Source: an uncultured bacterium (lineage in GTDB: Bacteria; Nitrospirota; Nitrospiria; Nitrospirales; Nitrospiraceae). Taken from it: 64,000 nt of DNA. Below the pieces are notes generated by a model. It saw only the letters and a list, made by a program, of their open reading frames with translations. It was not told the origin of the DNA and searched no databases. Of the stretch, positions 30,289-39,580 are shown in pieces. Every line of letters begins with the position of its first letter. Within the stretch, counting starts at the first letter, position 1. The stretch lies in contig CBDDRB010000021.1 in assembly GCA_965232965.1 (NCBI GenBank), positions 223,032-287,031 on the forward strand, given 5' to 3'. Both the position numbers and the translations under genes were made by a program.

Positions 30289-30934
30289 GCGGACGCTCTC
30301 TGATCACCCCATCGCGGACAAGGAATGTCCGGTAGTATCGAAGAACCTTCCGAACGTATTGCCTGGTTTCATCGAAGGGGGGAAGCGTCTGGTAGCGATC
30401 GACCGCATTCTCTCCGGCATTATAGGCTGCCAGGGCCAACGGTAAATTTCCATGGAAGCGGTCGAGTAGCTGGCGTAAGTACTTGGTCCCTCCTCCCACA
30501 TTATCATCTGGGTCATACATATCCCGCACATCCAGGCGCACGGCGGTCTGTGGCATCAATTGCATCAGGCCGATCGCACCGGCGCGAGAAACCGCCCGTG
30601 GATCAAAGCCCGATTCAGCCTTGATGACGGCTCGGATCAACGCGGGATGGAGCTGGTGTTGGGAAGAGTACCGACGAATGACCGGCTCGAGTTCTTGCTC
30701 AGACAAGGTGGAGTGGAATCGACTGGACTCGATTTCAATTTTCCGATAGCGAGGATCGGAGGGGACATTGGTGAGCGAGATTGTGCCGTTGGGACCAACA
30801 AACTGATAAATTTCTGCCGTAGCTGTCGGCACGGAGAAGGCCAGCGAGTCAATTCCCGTGATCGCCAATGTGGCGAGTCCAACGGCCGCATACCATTGGA
30901 GGGATGTCACGATGGGAGAAAATGTGTTGTGCAT
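30224..30934 (-). CDS. Secreted lytic transglycosylase (SLT domain)
   Basis: 'AVIKAESGFDPRAVSRAGAIGLMQLMPQTA' and 'ALAAYNAGENAV', with an N-terminal signal-like segment. Confidence 0.85.
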   Translation of the reverse strand: MHNTFSPIVTSLQWYAAVGLATLAITGIDSLAFSVPTATAEIYQFVGPNGTISLTNVPSDPRYRKIEIESSRFHSTLSEQELEPVIRRYSSQHQLHPALIRAVIKAESGFDPRAVSRAGAIGLMQLMPQTAVRLDVRDMYDPDDNVGGGTKYLRQLLDRFHGNLPLALAAYNAGENAVDRYQTLPPFDETRQYVRKVLRYYRTFLVRDGVIRERPLSRYVPAETAAIPLTSELSSR

Positions 30935-31045
30935 GGTTGCAACGATACCAGTCCGTCACTGGGTGTCAACAAAATGCAGGTCTTGTGCCTGGATGTCCGT
31001 GGTAAATAGTATAGAAAAACAATGAGGTTGGCGGGGGTGGAACGG

Positions 31046-31921
31046 TTAGCGTTCGAGAAAACGTAATCGGTTGGCAATAAATAGTCTGTGGAGCCGCTGG
31101 GTCAGAAGTCCCGGTGATCCATTTCCTATCTGATGTCCGTCCACCATGGTCACCGGCATCATTTCCATGCTTGTGTTGGTGAGAAAACATTCGTCCGCCT
31201 TATAGAGTGTCTCGACTCCAAAATATCCTTCGTGAATGGGAATCTGTGCTTCTTGCGCGAGGCGGAGCATAATGTTGCGCGTGATACCGTCTAACAGGCC
31301 GCATGCCAGCGCCGGAGTATGGAGCTGGCCGGCTTGGACAAAGAAGAGATTGCTGACGGTGCATTCCGTCAGATGCGATTCCCAATTGAGCAGGATACTG
31401 TCGAAAGCACCTGCTGCAATCGCTTCCCGTTTGGCCAGAATGTTGTTCAAAAAGTTCGTCGTCTTGATGTGGGGTGGCAGGGCGCTGGACAGGTTTCGTC
31501 TCGTTTGGGCGACGATGAGCTTCACACCGATGCGATAGTGTTCTGGTGTGGGAGGGCGAAGCGGTTTGGCCATGATCACCACAGTGGGGCTTCGGCACAG
31601 AGCCGGATCGAGACCGATATCGCCGGTTCCTCGGGAGATAGTAATTCTCAGATAAGCGTCTTGCTGAGCATTGCCGATGTTGTTGCGCACCATCGATTCA
31701 TGGAGGAGATCCGGCCAGCTGTGTTCGGGAATCGGGATTACCAGGCCAATCCCGTCTGCAGACCGGCGGAGCCGAGCAAGATGTTGGTCTCGCATGAAAA
31801 TCCGGCTGCCGTAAGAGCGGATCGTTTCATAGACACCGTCGCCATAGAGAAAGCCATGATCGAAGACAGACACAACGGCCGCCTCTTCTTCCACAAACCG
31901 ATCGTTGAGATAAATCCACAT
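31046..31921 (-). CDS. pabC: Class IV (fold type IV) aminotransferase; most likely aminodeoxychorismate lyase given its neighbour
   Basis: 'FDHGFLYGDGVYETIR' and 'HLARLRRSA' are class IV PLP-enzyme blocks. It lies 10 nt downstream of the pabB-like gene. A branched-chain aminotransferase cannot be excluded. Confidence 0.7.
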   Translation of the reverse strand: MWIYLNDRFVEEEAAVVSVFDHGFLYGDGVYETIRSYGSRIFMRDQHLARLRRSADGIGLVIPIPEHSWPDLLHESMVRNNIGNAQQDAYLRITISRGTGDIGLDPALCRSPTVVIMAKPLRPPTPEHYRIGVKLIVAQTRRNLSSALPPHIKTTNFLNNILAKREAIAAGAFDSILLNWESHLTECTVSNLFFVQAGQLHTPALACGLLDGITRNIMLRLAQEAQIPIHEGYFGVETLYKADECFLTNTSMEMMPVTMVDGHQIGNGSPGLLTQRLHRLFIANRLRFLER

Positions 31922-31930
31922 CGTCAGTTT

Positions 31931-33409
31931 CTATTGCAGCGCGCTGAAGAATGCCTGGGCCTTCTGGAGCGTTTCCTCATATTCCCTGGCCGGATCGGAG
32001 TCGGCGACAATCCCCGCACCGACCTGCAAGTATCCCTTTCCCGCGTACCATACCAACGTTCGAATCACGATATTGAGATCGAGATCACCGTTCCAGCTGA
32101 TGTATCCAAATGACCCGGTATAGGGACCACGGCGTACCGGCTCCAATTCCTCAATAATCTCCATACAGCGGATCTTGGGCACGCCAGTGATCGTGCCTCC
32201 AGGGAACAGCGCTCGAATCAAGTCGAAGGGTGTGGCGTTCGGCCTCAGAATGCCGCTGATATGGGATACGATATGGCTGACATGCGAGTACTGTTCGATG
32301 GCCATGTATTTGTCGACGTGCACAGTGCCGAATTGGCAGACGCGCCCCAAGTCGTTTCGTTCGAGGTCGACGAGCATGAGGTGTTCCGCCCGCTCCTTTT
32401 CGCTCGCGAGCAATTCGCCAATAAGGCGTTGATCGTCGCGAGCGTCGGACCCGCGCGGCCTTGTTCCGGCTATCGGGCGCGTGTCCGCTTGCCGGTCGTA
32501 CAAACGGACCAGCCGTTCAGGCGAAGAGCTGATCAAGGTCACATCGTCAAAATGTATGAGGCCTGAGAAAGGCGAGGGGTTTACGGCTTGGAGACGATGA
32601 TAGAGCTCCTGCTCGTAAGGCAGTCTATCCGTGACATCGTGGTAGGTGCTGGCAGGCTCCAGAATGAATCGATGTGATAGGTTGGCTTGGTAAATGTCTC
32701 CAGCCGCAATATATTCCTGGCAGCGCAACACTCGATCGAGATAGGCCTTCCGCGTTTCATTGAGATGAAAGGCCATCTGATCGAGGGAGAGGACATTCGT
32801 GAGGGGAGCGGGCTGTTCACTCAACGTGGCTTCCAATTCGGCCAGCCGGTCTAAGCCCTCGCGATAGAGGGTTTCCCGCGCCTCACCTATAAACCGTTCC
32901 ATGGGTGGACAATAAATAATACGCAGACAACCGGTTTGATGATCGAGGGCGATGACGATGTCGTACAGACCGAATTGTAGATCCGGCAGCTGGAGATCGT
33001 CTTGGGCGATGGACGGAAGCGTTTCAAATTCACGCACGAGGTCATAGCTGAAATAGCCGACGGCTCCGCCCCAGAAAGGGGGCAGGCCCGGAGGAGGTTC
33101 GATCTGGGGGCGTGCGAATAGACGGCAGAGGCTACCAAAGGAATCTGATGAGCAGTCTTCTCGTCCTTCGCGGGTCCGAAGAGTGGCCTGTCCTTTTCGA
33201 CCAGTCAACACCGAGAAGGGGCCGCTCCCGAGAAAAGAATACCGATTCCCGCCGTCCGTCCGTTTGCCACTGTCAAGGAGGAACGATGGCTGGGCAGGAG
33301 ATGCAATGAGGCGGTACAACTCAAAGGATGTCCTTCCTTGGCCATCCATCGTGAGGACCAGGGGCTGTGGAGGCCCACCGAGGAATGATGGCTGGGAGAA
33401 ACGAGTCAT
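31931..33409 (-). CDS. pabB: Aminodeoxychorismate synthase component I (chorismate-binding enzyme; TrpE/PabB family)
   Basis: 'SPERLVR', 'RPIAGTRPRG', 'EHLMLVDLERNDLGRV' and 'GGTITGVPKIRCMEIIEELE...RGPYTGSFGY'. The PabB assignment rests on the adjacent class IV lyase gene. Confidence 0.8.
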   Translation of the reverse strand: MTRFSQPSFLGGPPQPLVLTMDGQGRTSFELYRLIASPAQPSFLLDSGKRTDGGNRYSFLGSGPFSVLTGRKGQATLRTREGREDCSSDSFGSLCRLFARPQIEPPPGLPPFWGGAVGYFSYDLVREFETLPSIAQDDLQLPDLQFGLYDIVIALDHQTGCLRIIYCPPMERFIGEARETLYREGLDRLAELEATLSEQPAPLTNVLSLDQMAFHLNETRKAYLDRVLRCQEYIAAGDIYQANLSHRFILEPASTYHDVTDRLPYEQELYHRLQAVNPSPFSGLIHFDDVTLISSSPERLVRLYDRQADTRPIAGTRPRGSDARDDQRLIGELLASEKERAEHLMLVDLERNDLGRVCQFGTVHVDKYMAIEQYSHVSHIVSHISGILRPNATPFDLIRALFPGGTITGVPKIRCMEIIEELEPVRRGPYTGSFGYISWNGDLDLNIVIRTLVWYAGKGYLQVGAGIVADSDPAREYEETLQKAQAFFSALQ

Positions 33410-33592
33410 GGGCGAACGTGTGTCACTCTTCAGGAATGCATCTTCACTATACCTTATACCTTACTGGATCGGCTGCGTCACAGGTCACCATCAGCTTGAC
33501 AAATTTATGATGATTCTGCTTGAATTGCGCGCCCGCCTTCGGCAGAGTCCTTGCGTTTTAGGCTGCATTGCACTCTCCTCCGTGGGTACGAC

Positions 33593-33814
33593 ATGCCTCC
33601 TTCACAAGACCCTTTGTACGCGGGGCTTGGCCAAGCGGTCAGGATCGCAACGGATCTGTTCGCTGCGCTAGTTGTCGGAGGAGGGTTGGGATGGGTATGT
33701 GACACATACCTCTTTGATTCTACCCCCTGGGGGATGGTTGGAGGTCTTGTGTTGGGGGTTGTGGCCGGAATTAGGAATGCGTATCGCTCGGCGCAACGGT
33801 GGCCCAAGACGTAA
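33593..33814 (+). CDS. AtpZ/AtpI-like small membrane protein of the ATP synthase operon
   Basis: Two TM helices ('VRIATDLFAALVVGGGLGWVCD' and 'WGMVGGLVLGVVAGIRNAY'), immediately upstream of atpB. Confidence 0.6.
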   Translation: MPPSQDPLYAGLGQAVRIATDLFAALVVGGGLGWVCDTYLFDSTPWGMVGGLVLGVVAGIRNAYRSAQRWPKT

Positions 33815-33843
33815 GACCGTTCAATAAGGAGAGCACGATTTCC

Positions 33844-34593
33844 ATGGAAGAAAGTCCGCTTCATCCGTTCGAACTTCACGACTGGATCCCGATTTCGCTT
33901 GGCGGATTGGATATTTCCATCAATAAGGCCGTCGTGATCATGTGGGTGGTCGTTTCCCTGGCGGCAGTGCTCATGGTGATGGCGGGATCCGCACGCAAGC
34001 TGGTACCCGGCAAGTTGCAGAGCATGGGCGAGATTATGGTTGATTTCATTCGCGGCATCATCATGGATACGATGGGGAAAGAGGGGATGCGATTTTTCCC
34101 CTTCATTGCCACCCTGTTTATCTTTATTCTCTTTTGTAATCTCATCGGTTTGATCCCCGGCAGTTATACCGTGACAAGTCAGATTATCGTGACAGCCGTG
34201 TTTGCTTGTGTGGTGTATGGGCTGAGTCTCGTCATGGGATTTTTTCTACACGGGATAAAGTTTTTGGGCATTCTCGTTCCTCCCGGTACCCCCGGGTGGC
34301 TGCTGCCGCTCATGATACCGATCGAATTGATCAGTCAACTGGCGCGACCGATTTCTCTGGCTGTCCGGTTATTCGCGAATATGACGGCGGGTCACGTGAT
34401 TCTCGGGGTCCTGTTCGGTTTGTCCATCAGCGGTGGATTGTTGATCGGGTGGTTGCCCTTTGCATTCACGGTGGCGATGAATGGGTTGGAGGTCGGTATC
34501 GCGTTCATTCAGGCTTATATTTTTACCGTGTTGACCTGCGTCTATTTGGGCGACGCATTCCATCTGCATGGCCATGACGAGCACGCGCACTGA
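33844..34593 (+). CDS. atpB: F0F1 ATP synthase subunit a
   Basis: 'RPISLAVRLFANMTAGH' contains the essential Arg motif of subunit a. ATG at 33844 follows 'aaggag'. Confidence 0.92.
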   Translation: MEESPLHPFELHDWIPISLGGLDISINKAVVIMWVVVSLAAVLMVMAGSARKLVPGKLQSMGEIMVDFIRGIIMDTMGKEGMRFFPFIATLFIFILFCNLIGLIPGSYTVTSQIIVTAVFACVVYGLSLVMGFFLHGIKFLGILVPPGTPGWLLPLMIPIELISQLARPISLAVRLFANMTAGHVILGVLFGLSISGGLLIGWLPFAFTVAMNGLEVGIAFIQAYIFTVLTCVYLGDAFHLHGHDEHAH

Positions 34594-34757
34594 CAGGGTG
34601 CTGAAAACACCCTCCAGTGGCGTTCGCAGTCGCTCAGCCTTCGACCTACTCAAACAGTATGTCTTAGGGTGTTCGCTCCTTGCGGTCTTGCCGAAGAAAA
34701 TTCCGAGGAGCCTGTTCGGGTTGTTGTACGTTTTCATTATAGGAGGATAGACACACA

Positions 34758-34988
34758 ATGGATTCAGCAGCAGCAGCGTTGTTGGGTATGGGGTTAGCCG
34801 CGGCAGGGTTTGCCGGAGCCGGTGTGGGGATCGGCTATATCTTCGGGAAGATGATTGAAGCGGTGGCGCGTCAGCCGGAAGCCGAAGCCCGCGTAGGGAA
34901 GTACATGTGGATCGGGTTCGCACTGGTGGAAGCCATCGCACTGTACGGCCTGGTCATTGCCTTCATCATCATGGGACTCCGCAAATAG
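34758..34988 (+). CDS. atpE: F0F1 ATP synthase subunit c
   Basis: 76-aa hairpin protein with 'ARQPEA' in the loop and the carboxylate 'ALVEAIALYGLVIAF'. Confidence 0.95.
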   Translation: MDSAAAALLGMGLAAAGFAGAGVGIGYIFGKMIEAVARQPEAEARVGKYMWIGFALVEAIALYGLVIAFIIMGLRK

Positions 34989-35058
34989 GAGCAGGCTTAG
35001 GTCGGAGTCAAGGCCGGAAGTGTTTCCGCCTCAATCTCAGACCTTTCTGACGTGAACT

Positions 35059-35565
35059 ATGCCGCAATTTGAATCGCATTTCTTTTCGTCCCTGATTTTT
35101 TGGGAAATCCTGTCGTTCGCGATTCTTTTCTTCGTACTGTACAAGTATGCCTTCCCTGGCATCCTGAGTGTATTGGAAGAACGAGAAAAGAAAATTAAAG
35201 ACAGCCTTGATCAGGCCGAACGCCACAGGTCAGAGGCTGAACGGAAACTCAAGGAGTATGAGGCAAAGCTGAGTGCAGCTGCAAAAGAAGCGGAAGGAAT
35301 TCTGGCAGCCACAAAGGAGCGGGCGCAGCGGCTTATGGAGGAAAATGAGCAGCGGATGACAGCCGAAGCCGAGCGGATAAAGGGCGATGCCACGCGTGAA
35401 ATTGATCATGAACGTCGGAAGGCGATTCAGGAAATTCGCGCCCAAACTACCGATTTAGCCCTGATGGTTGCGGAGAAGGTTGTGCAACGAAGTTTGAACG
35501 AGGCGGACCACAAGAAATTTGCAGACGACGCGCTTGAAGCGCTGTCAAAATCCTACCAACGATAG
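35059..35565 (+). CDS. atpF: F0F1 ATP synthase subunit b
   Basis: An N-terminal TM segment ('FWEILSFAILFFVLYKYAF') is followed by a long charged coiled coil. Position after atpE supports the call. Confidence 0.85.
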   Translation: MPQFESHFFSSLIFWEILSFAILFFVLYKYAFPGILSVLEEREKKIKDSLDQAERHRSEAERKLKEYEAKLSAAAKEAEGILAATKERAQRLMEENEQRMTAEAERIKGDATREIDHERRKAIQEIRAQTTDLALMVAEKVVQRSLNEADHKKFADDALEALSKSYQR

Positions 35566-35583
35566 TTCGTGGACGGAGTGGCG

Positions 35584-36393
35584 TCAGCCCAGACTGACGC
35601 CGCCAGGTCTGTATCCTTCCAAATCGATGCAGACGAAGCGGAATCCGGCTTTGCGGAGGCGGGCGCTGATGTGGGCGCGCAAATCCGGCTGGTTCAGTCG
35701 AGAGAACTCCTCAACCCCGACCTCGATTCGTGCCAACTCTCCGTGCTCTCGCACGCGCACATGGCGAAACCCCTCAGCCTGTAGAATGTCTTCAGCCTGT
35801 TCCACGCGACGGAGACTTCCAATTGTAATTGGAGTGCCGCGAGGAATTCTTGAAGAGAGGCAGGCGGCTGCCGGCTTATTCCAATTTGAGAGGCCCAGGG
35901 TTTGGGCGAGTGCCCGCACATCGGCCTTCGAGAGAGAGGCTTCGACCAGCGGGCTCCGAACGCCCCATTCGCGCGCGGCTTTGATTCCAGGTCGATCGTC
36001 CCCAAGATCGTCGAGGTTGGTTCCGTCTGCAATCCAGAGACTCGCATGAGGTTCTCGCAGCCCGGCTAGTAATTGATAGAGATCGGTCTTGCAATGGAAG
36101 CAGCGGGCTGCATCATTCTGTACGAACTCTGGAATCTCGAGTTGATCAGTGTGAACCAGTTCATGCAGTACACCGATCTCAGCGGCGACCTTCTTCGCGC
36201 CGTCGAGTTCGATTGTCGGAAATGTCGGTGAGACAGCGGTGACAGCCAGCGCGTGTCCACCGAGTTGTTCATGGGCGATTTTCAGGACCACGGTGCTGTC
36301 GATCCCGCCGGAGAAGGCAACCAGGACGGACTGCATGTCCGAGATAACTTGACGAAGTGTACTGAGTTTACCGTTGAGGGATTCGGTCATCAT
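35584..36393 (-). CDS. larE: LarE-family ATP-dependent sulfur transferase (PP-loop ATP pyrophosphatase, TIGR00268-like)
   Basis: PP-loop 'VAFSGGIDSTVV'. 'RCFHCK' plus 'AAACLSSRIP' gives three conserved Cys. Confidence 0.78.
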   Translation of the reverse strand: MMTESLNGKLSTLRQVISDMQSVLVAFSGGIDSTVVLKIAHEQLGGHALAVTAVSPTFPTIELDGAKKVAAEIGVLHELVHTDQLEIPEFVQNDAARCFHCKTDLYQLLAGLREPHASLWIADGTNLDDLGDDRPGIKAAREWGVRSPLVEASLSKADVRALAQTLGLSNWNKPAAACLSSRIPRGTPITIGSLRRVEQAEDILQAEGFRHVRVREHGELARIEVGVEEFSRLNQPDLRAHISARLRKAGFRFVCIDLEGYRPGGVSLG

Positions 36394-36506
36394 AGATTCC
36401 TGCCCGTAACATTGCGCCTAGCTGGCTGTTGAAGAACAGCTGAATGCACGTGATCACGTCACTGACCTGCCTGTCTGGAACAATAGAATACAGAATACCA
36501 TGCAGG

Positions 36507-36800
36507 ATGTTCAAAAAGGTCGAACTTCTCACCTTCCCTGCCCCGGCGGGTACTTCACCCACCTGCCCTGAGTTCGCCAAGACAGACTCAGGACGCTGGG
36601 AGGCACCATATCTCAAGGAAGGCGGCAGCGAGTGAGGAGGTGAGGAGGTACGTTCCGCACTTCGTGTGGGCCGTTCGCTCCTGAAATGGATCTTGCGAAC
36701 GGAAAAGCCCCTCCAGTGCTTCCGATCTCGAAGTAGCCCCTTCTCAACGTTGAGCCTCTGAGCGATGCGAGAACGACGCCGACGACATTTTTCAACATCC
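36507..36800. repeat. ~295-bp non-coding element bounded by 18-bp imperfect terminal inverted repeats (MITE/REP-like)
   Basis: 'ggatgttcaaaaaggtcg' (36507-36524) matches the reverse complement of 36783-36800, 'ggatgttgaaaaatgtcg', at 16 of 18 positions. Pseudo-translations give 'MLKN..VLASLRGST' and 'LFEHP' strings. As I recall, these recur as spurious ORFs in Nitrospirota-like and related genomes. Confidence 0.45.
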
Positions 36801-36802
36801 CG

Positions 36803-38170
36803 CTAGTGCTTGACCTTCGCTTTGGCGATGTTGCCTACCACCACAAGAGCGTATCGTTTAGGATCCAGGTATTGTTTGGCCACGCGCTGGACGTCTTCCT
36901 TGGTGACCCGGTCTATCCATTTTGGGTAATCAGTAAAATATTCGAGTCCCAGGCTATAGAATTCTACTTGGGCGAGTACGTGCGCGAGCTTCGCAGTGGA
37001 ATCAAAGCGAAGCGGGAAGCTGCCGATTAAGAAAGATTTGGCTTCGGCCAACTCCTGATCGGACACCGAAGCTTCACGGATCGACTTGATTTCCGACAAG
37101 ACTCCGGTAATCGCTTGGTTCGTCGTTTCCGTTTTAGTTTGGAGGTTGACCCAGAATGACCCGGCCATGAGCCGGGCATCGAAGTGGCTCATGATTCCAT
37201 AGGCCAACCCCTGCTTGTCGCGAATCGAATCCATCAAGCGGGAAGAAAATCCACCAGCCCCAAGAATGTAATTCATCACCGTGACCGCATAGTAATCCGG
37301 ATGCGCGCGCTGGATGCCCCCATGTCCCAGCACAATGGTGGATTGGGTGAGATCTTTCTCGATCAGTTGGACCGTTCTTCGTTCAATCGCCGAGGGCTTC
37401 TTCGTATTCCGCGCTGTCGTCGGGCCTTTTTTCCACGTTTCAAAATGAGTCTGTACCAGTGCGGTAGCCTGTTCAAGCGTCACGTCTCCGACGATAGCCA
37501 GAATGAGTTGGGAAGGAGTGTATTCGCGCCCATAGAAGCCCTGCACGTCTGCCAGAGTGATCTTGCTGAGCGTCTCCTCCGTTCCATTGACGGGCCAACG
37601 GTAGGGGTGCCCATGAAAGACCAGCTGATTGAACGCTTTCATAGCGATATGGCCTGGGTCGTCGTTGTCGCTTGCCATCTCGCCCAAGAGTTGCGTGCGA
37701 ATCCGTTCGAATTCCTGTTTGTGAAAAGCGGGATGTTGCAGCATGTCTGCGAGAAGCGTAAAGCCGAGGTCAATATCTTTCTTGAGCACACGGGCGGAAG
37801 CCGTGGTGAAATCCTCTGAGGCTGAGGCTTCCAGGGTTCCGCCGACGAAATCGATTTGTTCCGCCAGCTGTTTTGATGTGCGCGTGGTTGTCCCTTCGTC
37901 CAGGAGGCTGGCGACGAGGTTCGCGAGTCCGGCTCTGTCGGGAGGATCTTGCGCTGAGCCGGTCTTGATCAACGCATGGATTTCAATGATGGGGAGGAAA
38001 TGTTGCTCAAGGACGAGCACCGTGATGCCGTTGGTCGTCACCAATTTCGTCGGCGCGATCTCCGACGCCTCCCCCGGACTACTTGGCAGAAGCAAGGCGC
38101 AGAAACCCATTACCAGCGTGAGCATGACGTGTCGTCGAGGCGGGACCAGCGGTCGTCTCGTCGTCGGCAT
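36803..38170 (-). CDS. M16-family peptidase, non-catalytic (beta-type) partner
   Basis: Insulinase fold blocks are present, but the HxxEH position reads 'GLANLVASLLDEGT'. The start overlaps the upstream gene stop (TAATG). Confidence 0.85.
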   Translation of the reverse strand: MPTTRRPLVPPRRHVMLTLVMGFCALLLPSSPGEASEIAPTKLVTTNGITVLVLEQHFLPIIEIHALIKTGSAQDPPDRAGLANLVASLLDEGTTTRTSKQLAEQIDFVGGTLEASASEDFTTASARVLKKDIDLGFTLLADMLQHPAFHKQEFERIRTQLLGEMASDNDDPGHIAMKAFNQLVFHGHPYRWPVNGTEETLSKITLADVQGFYGREYTPSQLILAIVGDVTLEQATALVQTHFETWKKGPTTARNTKKPSAIERRTVQLIEKDLTQSTIVLGHGGIQRAHPDYYAVTVMNYILGAGGFSSRLMDSIRDKQGLAYGIMSHFDARLMAGSFWVNLQTKTETTNQAITGVLSEIKSIREASVSDQELAEAKSFLIGSFPLRFDSTAKLAHVLAQVEFYSLGLEYFTDYPKWIDRVTKEDVQRVAKQYLDPKRYALVVVGNIAKAKVKH

Positions 38171-39531
38171 TATGGCCTTCCCTGTTGCGCAGCGGTGGAG
38201 GCCGCCTCTGGCTGTTTAGGAGGCACGGGAATCAGCGTGCCGACGGTCCGATTGTCTTCCGTCAGGTATTGGCGTGCAACGCGCTGAATGTCTTTGGTCG
38301 TCACGGCTCGGATTCGTTCGACAAACTGATCGATTTTCCGCCATCCGGCGCCGACGGATTCCGCCTGTCCGAGCAACATGGCCCGGCGGAAGTTGGAATC
38401 CTGTTCGAAGACATAAGTAGCTTCGACTTGATTTTTTGCCCGTTGGAGTTCCATCTCCGTCGGCGGATCGGCCTGGAGGCGTTTGATCTCTCGATGGAGA
38501 GCGTCTTCCACCATTTCCGGTTTTTGGCCCGGGCTCACGAGCGCATAGAAGTAGAAAAGGCCAGGATCGGTCTGCAGCAGGCTATATTCTGCCCCCACGG
38601 CAAGCGACGACTTTTGTTCGTATACGAGGCTCTGATACAGGCGCGAGCTTTTTCCGTGCGACAGAACCGAATCCAGAATGTCGAGTGCGTACGAATCCTC
38701 GCTCGTAAAATTTGGCACGCGATAACCCATCATGACGAACGGGACTTGTGCATCCCGCTTGAGGAGGAAACGGCGTTCACCTTTCTGTTCCGGCTCCATG
38801 GCGGTGAGAGGCTTGGGTTCAGGTCCTCGTGGAATCGGTTCGAAGAGTTGTTTGATTGTCGGGATCAAGTGATCGGCTTTGATGTCTCCCACCACGACGA
38901 GGGTTGCATTATTGGGCGAGTAATAGGTGTCGTAATGGCGTTGCAAGTCATCGAGCGTCATGGCATCCAGATCGCCGAACCAGCCGATCACGGGCCAATG
39001 ATAGGGGTGGCTGAGATAGGCCTGAGCAAAGAGCGCCTCAACGAGGGCGCCTTGTGGGTCGTCCTCCGAACGAAGGCGACGTTCTTCTTTCACGACTTCT
39101 CGCTCTGTCGTCAATTCAGGCATGTCGAGTACGAGCCCTTGCATGCGATCGGCTTCAAGTTCCAAGGCCAGCTCGACTCGGTCCGCCGCGAGGTTCTCGA
39201 AGTAGGCAGTGAAGTCCTGGCTTGTGAAGGCGTTGTCCGTCCCGCCGTTCTTCCGAATAAGCCGGGAAAAGGTTCCTTTGGGATATTTGGCGGTGCCCTT
39301 GAACATCATATGTTCAAGCATATGAGAGAGTCCTGCGCGGCCCATGACTTCGTTGCGAGAGCCGACTTTGTACCAGACTTGAACAGTGGCAACGGGAGCT
39401 TTGGGCACTTCGACCAAGAGGACTTTCATCCCATTGGAGAGAACGAATTCACGAGGTTCCGTTGCGAAGGTCGGCGACGTGAGAGCGAACACAAGACTAC
39501 TCGCAACAGCCAACCATGATACTCGCATCAT
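38170..39531 (-). CDS. M16-family zinc metallopeptidase, catalytic subunit
   Basis: Inverted zinc motif HxxEH in 'GLSHMLEHMMFKGT'. Signal peptide 'MMRVSWLAVASSLVFALTSPTFA'. Start is uncertain (39531 or 39597). Confidence 0.85.
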   Translation of the reverse strand: MMRVSWLAVASSLVFALTSPTFATEPREFVLSNGMKVLLVEVPKAPVATVQVWYKVGSRNEVMGRAGLSHMLEHMMFKGTAKYPKGTFSRLIRKNGGTDNAFTSQDFTAYFENLAADRVELALELEADRMQGLVLDMPELTTEREVVKEERRLRSEDDPQGALVEALFAQAYLSHPYHWPVIGWFGDLDAMTLDDLQRHYDTYYSPNNATLVVVGDIKADHLIPTIKQLFEPIPRGPEPKPLTAMEPEQKGERRFLLKRDAQVPFVMMGYRVPNFTSEDSYALDILDSVLSHGKSSRLYQSLVYEQKSSLAVGAEYSLLQTDPGLFYFYALVSPGQKPEMVEDALHREIKRLQADPPTEMELQRAKNQVEATYVFEQDSNFRRAMLLGQAESVGAGWRKIDQFVERIRAVTTKDIQRVARQYLTEDNRTVGTLIPVPPKQPEAASTAAQQGRP

Positions 39532-39580
39532 GTACAGAGAATATGACCAGGTCATGTTTTGGCGGTGTGCACGATGCATG

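Noticed and set aside
36444-36798. Two short ORFs (63 aa plus strand, 61 aa minus strand) in the larE/M16 spacer
   Set aside because: They are read-throughs of the inverted-repeat element. The 'LKN...VLASLRGST' and 'FEHP' strings reflect the repeat sequence, not a protein.
38185-39519. 444-aa ORF on the plus strand
   Set aside because: It is entirely antisense to the well-supported M16 peptidase gene (HxxEH motif on the minus strand). Its composition is Arg/Gly/His-rich and junk-like, and it has no recognisable domain.
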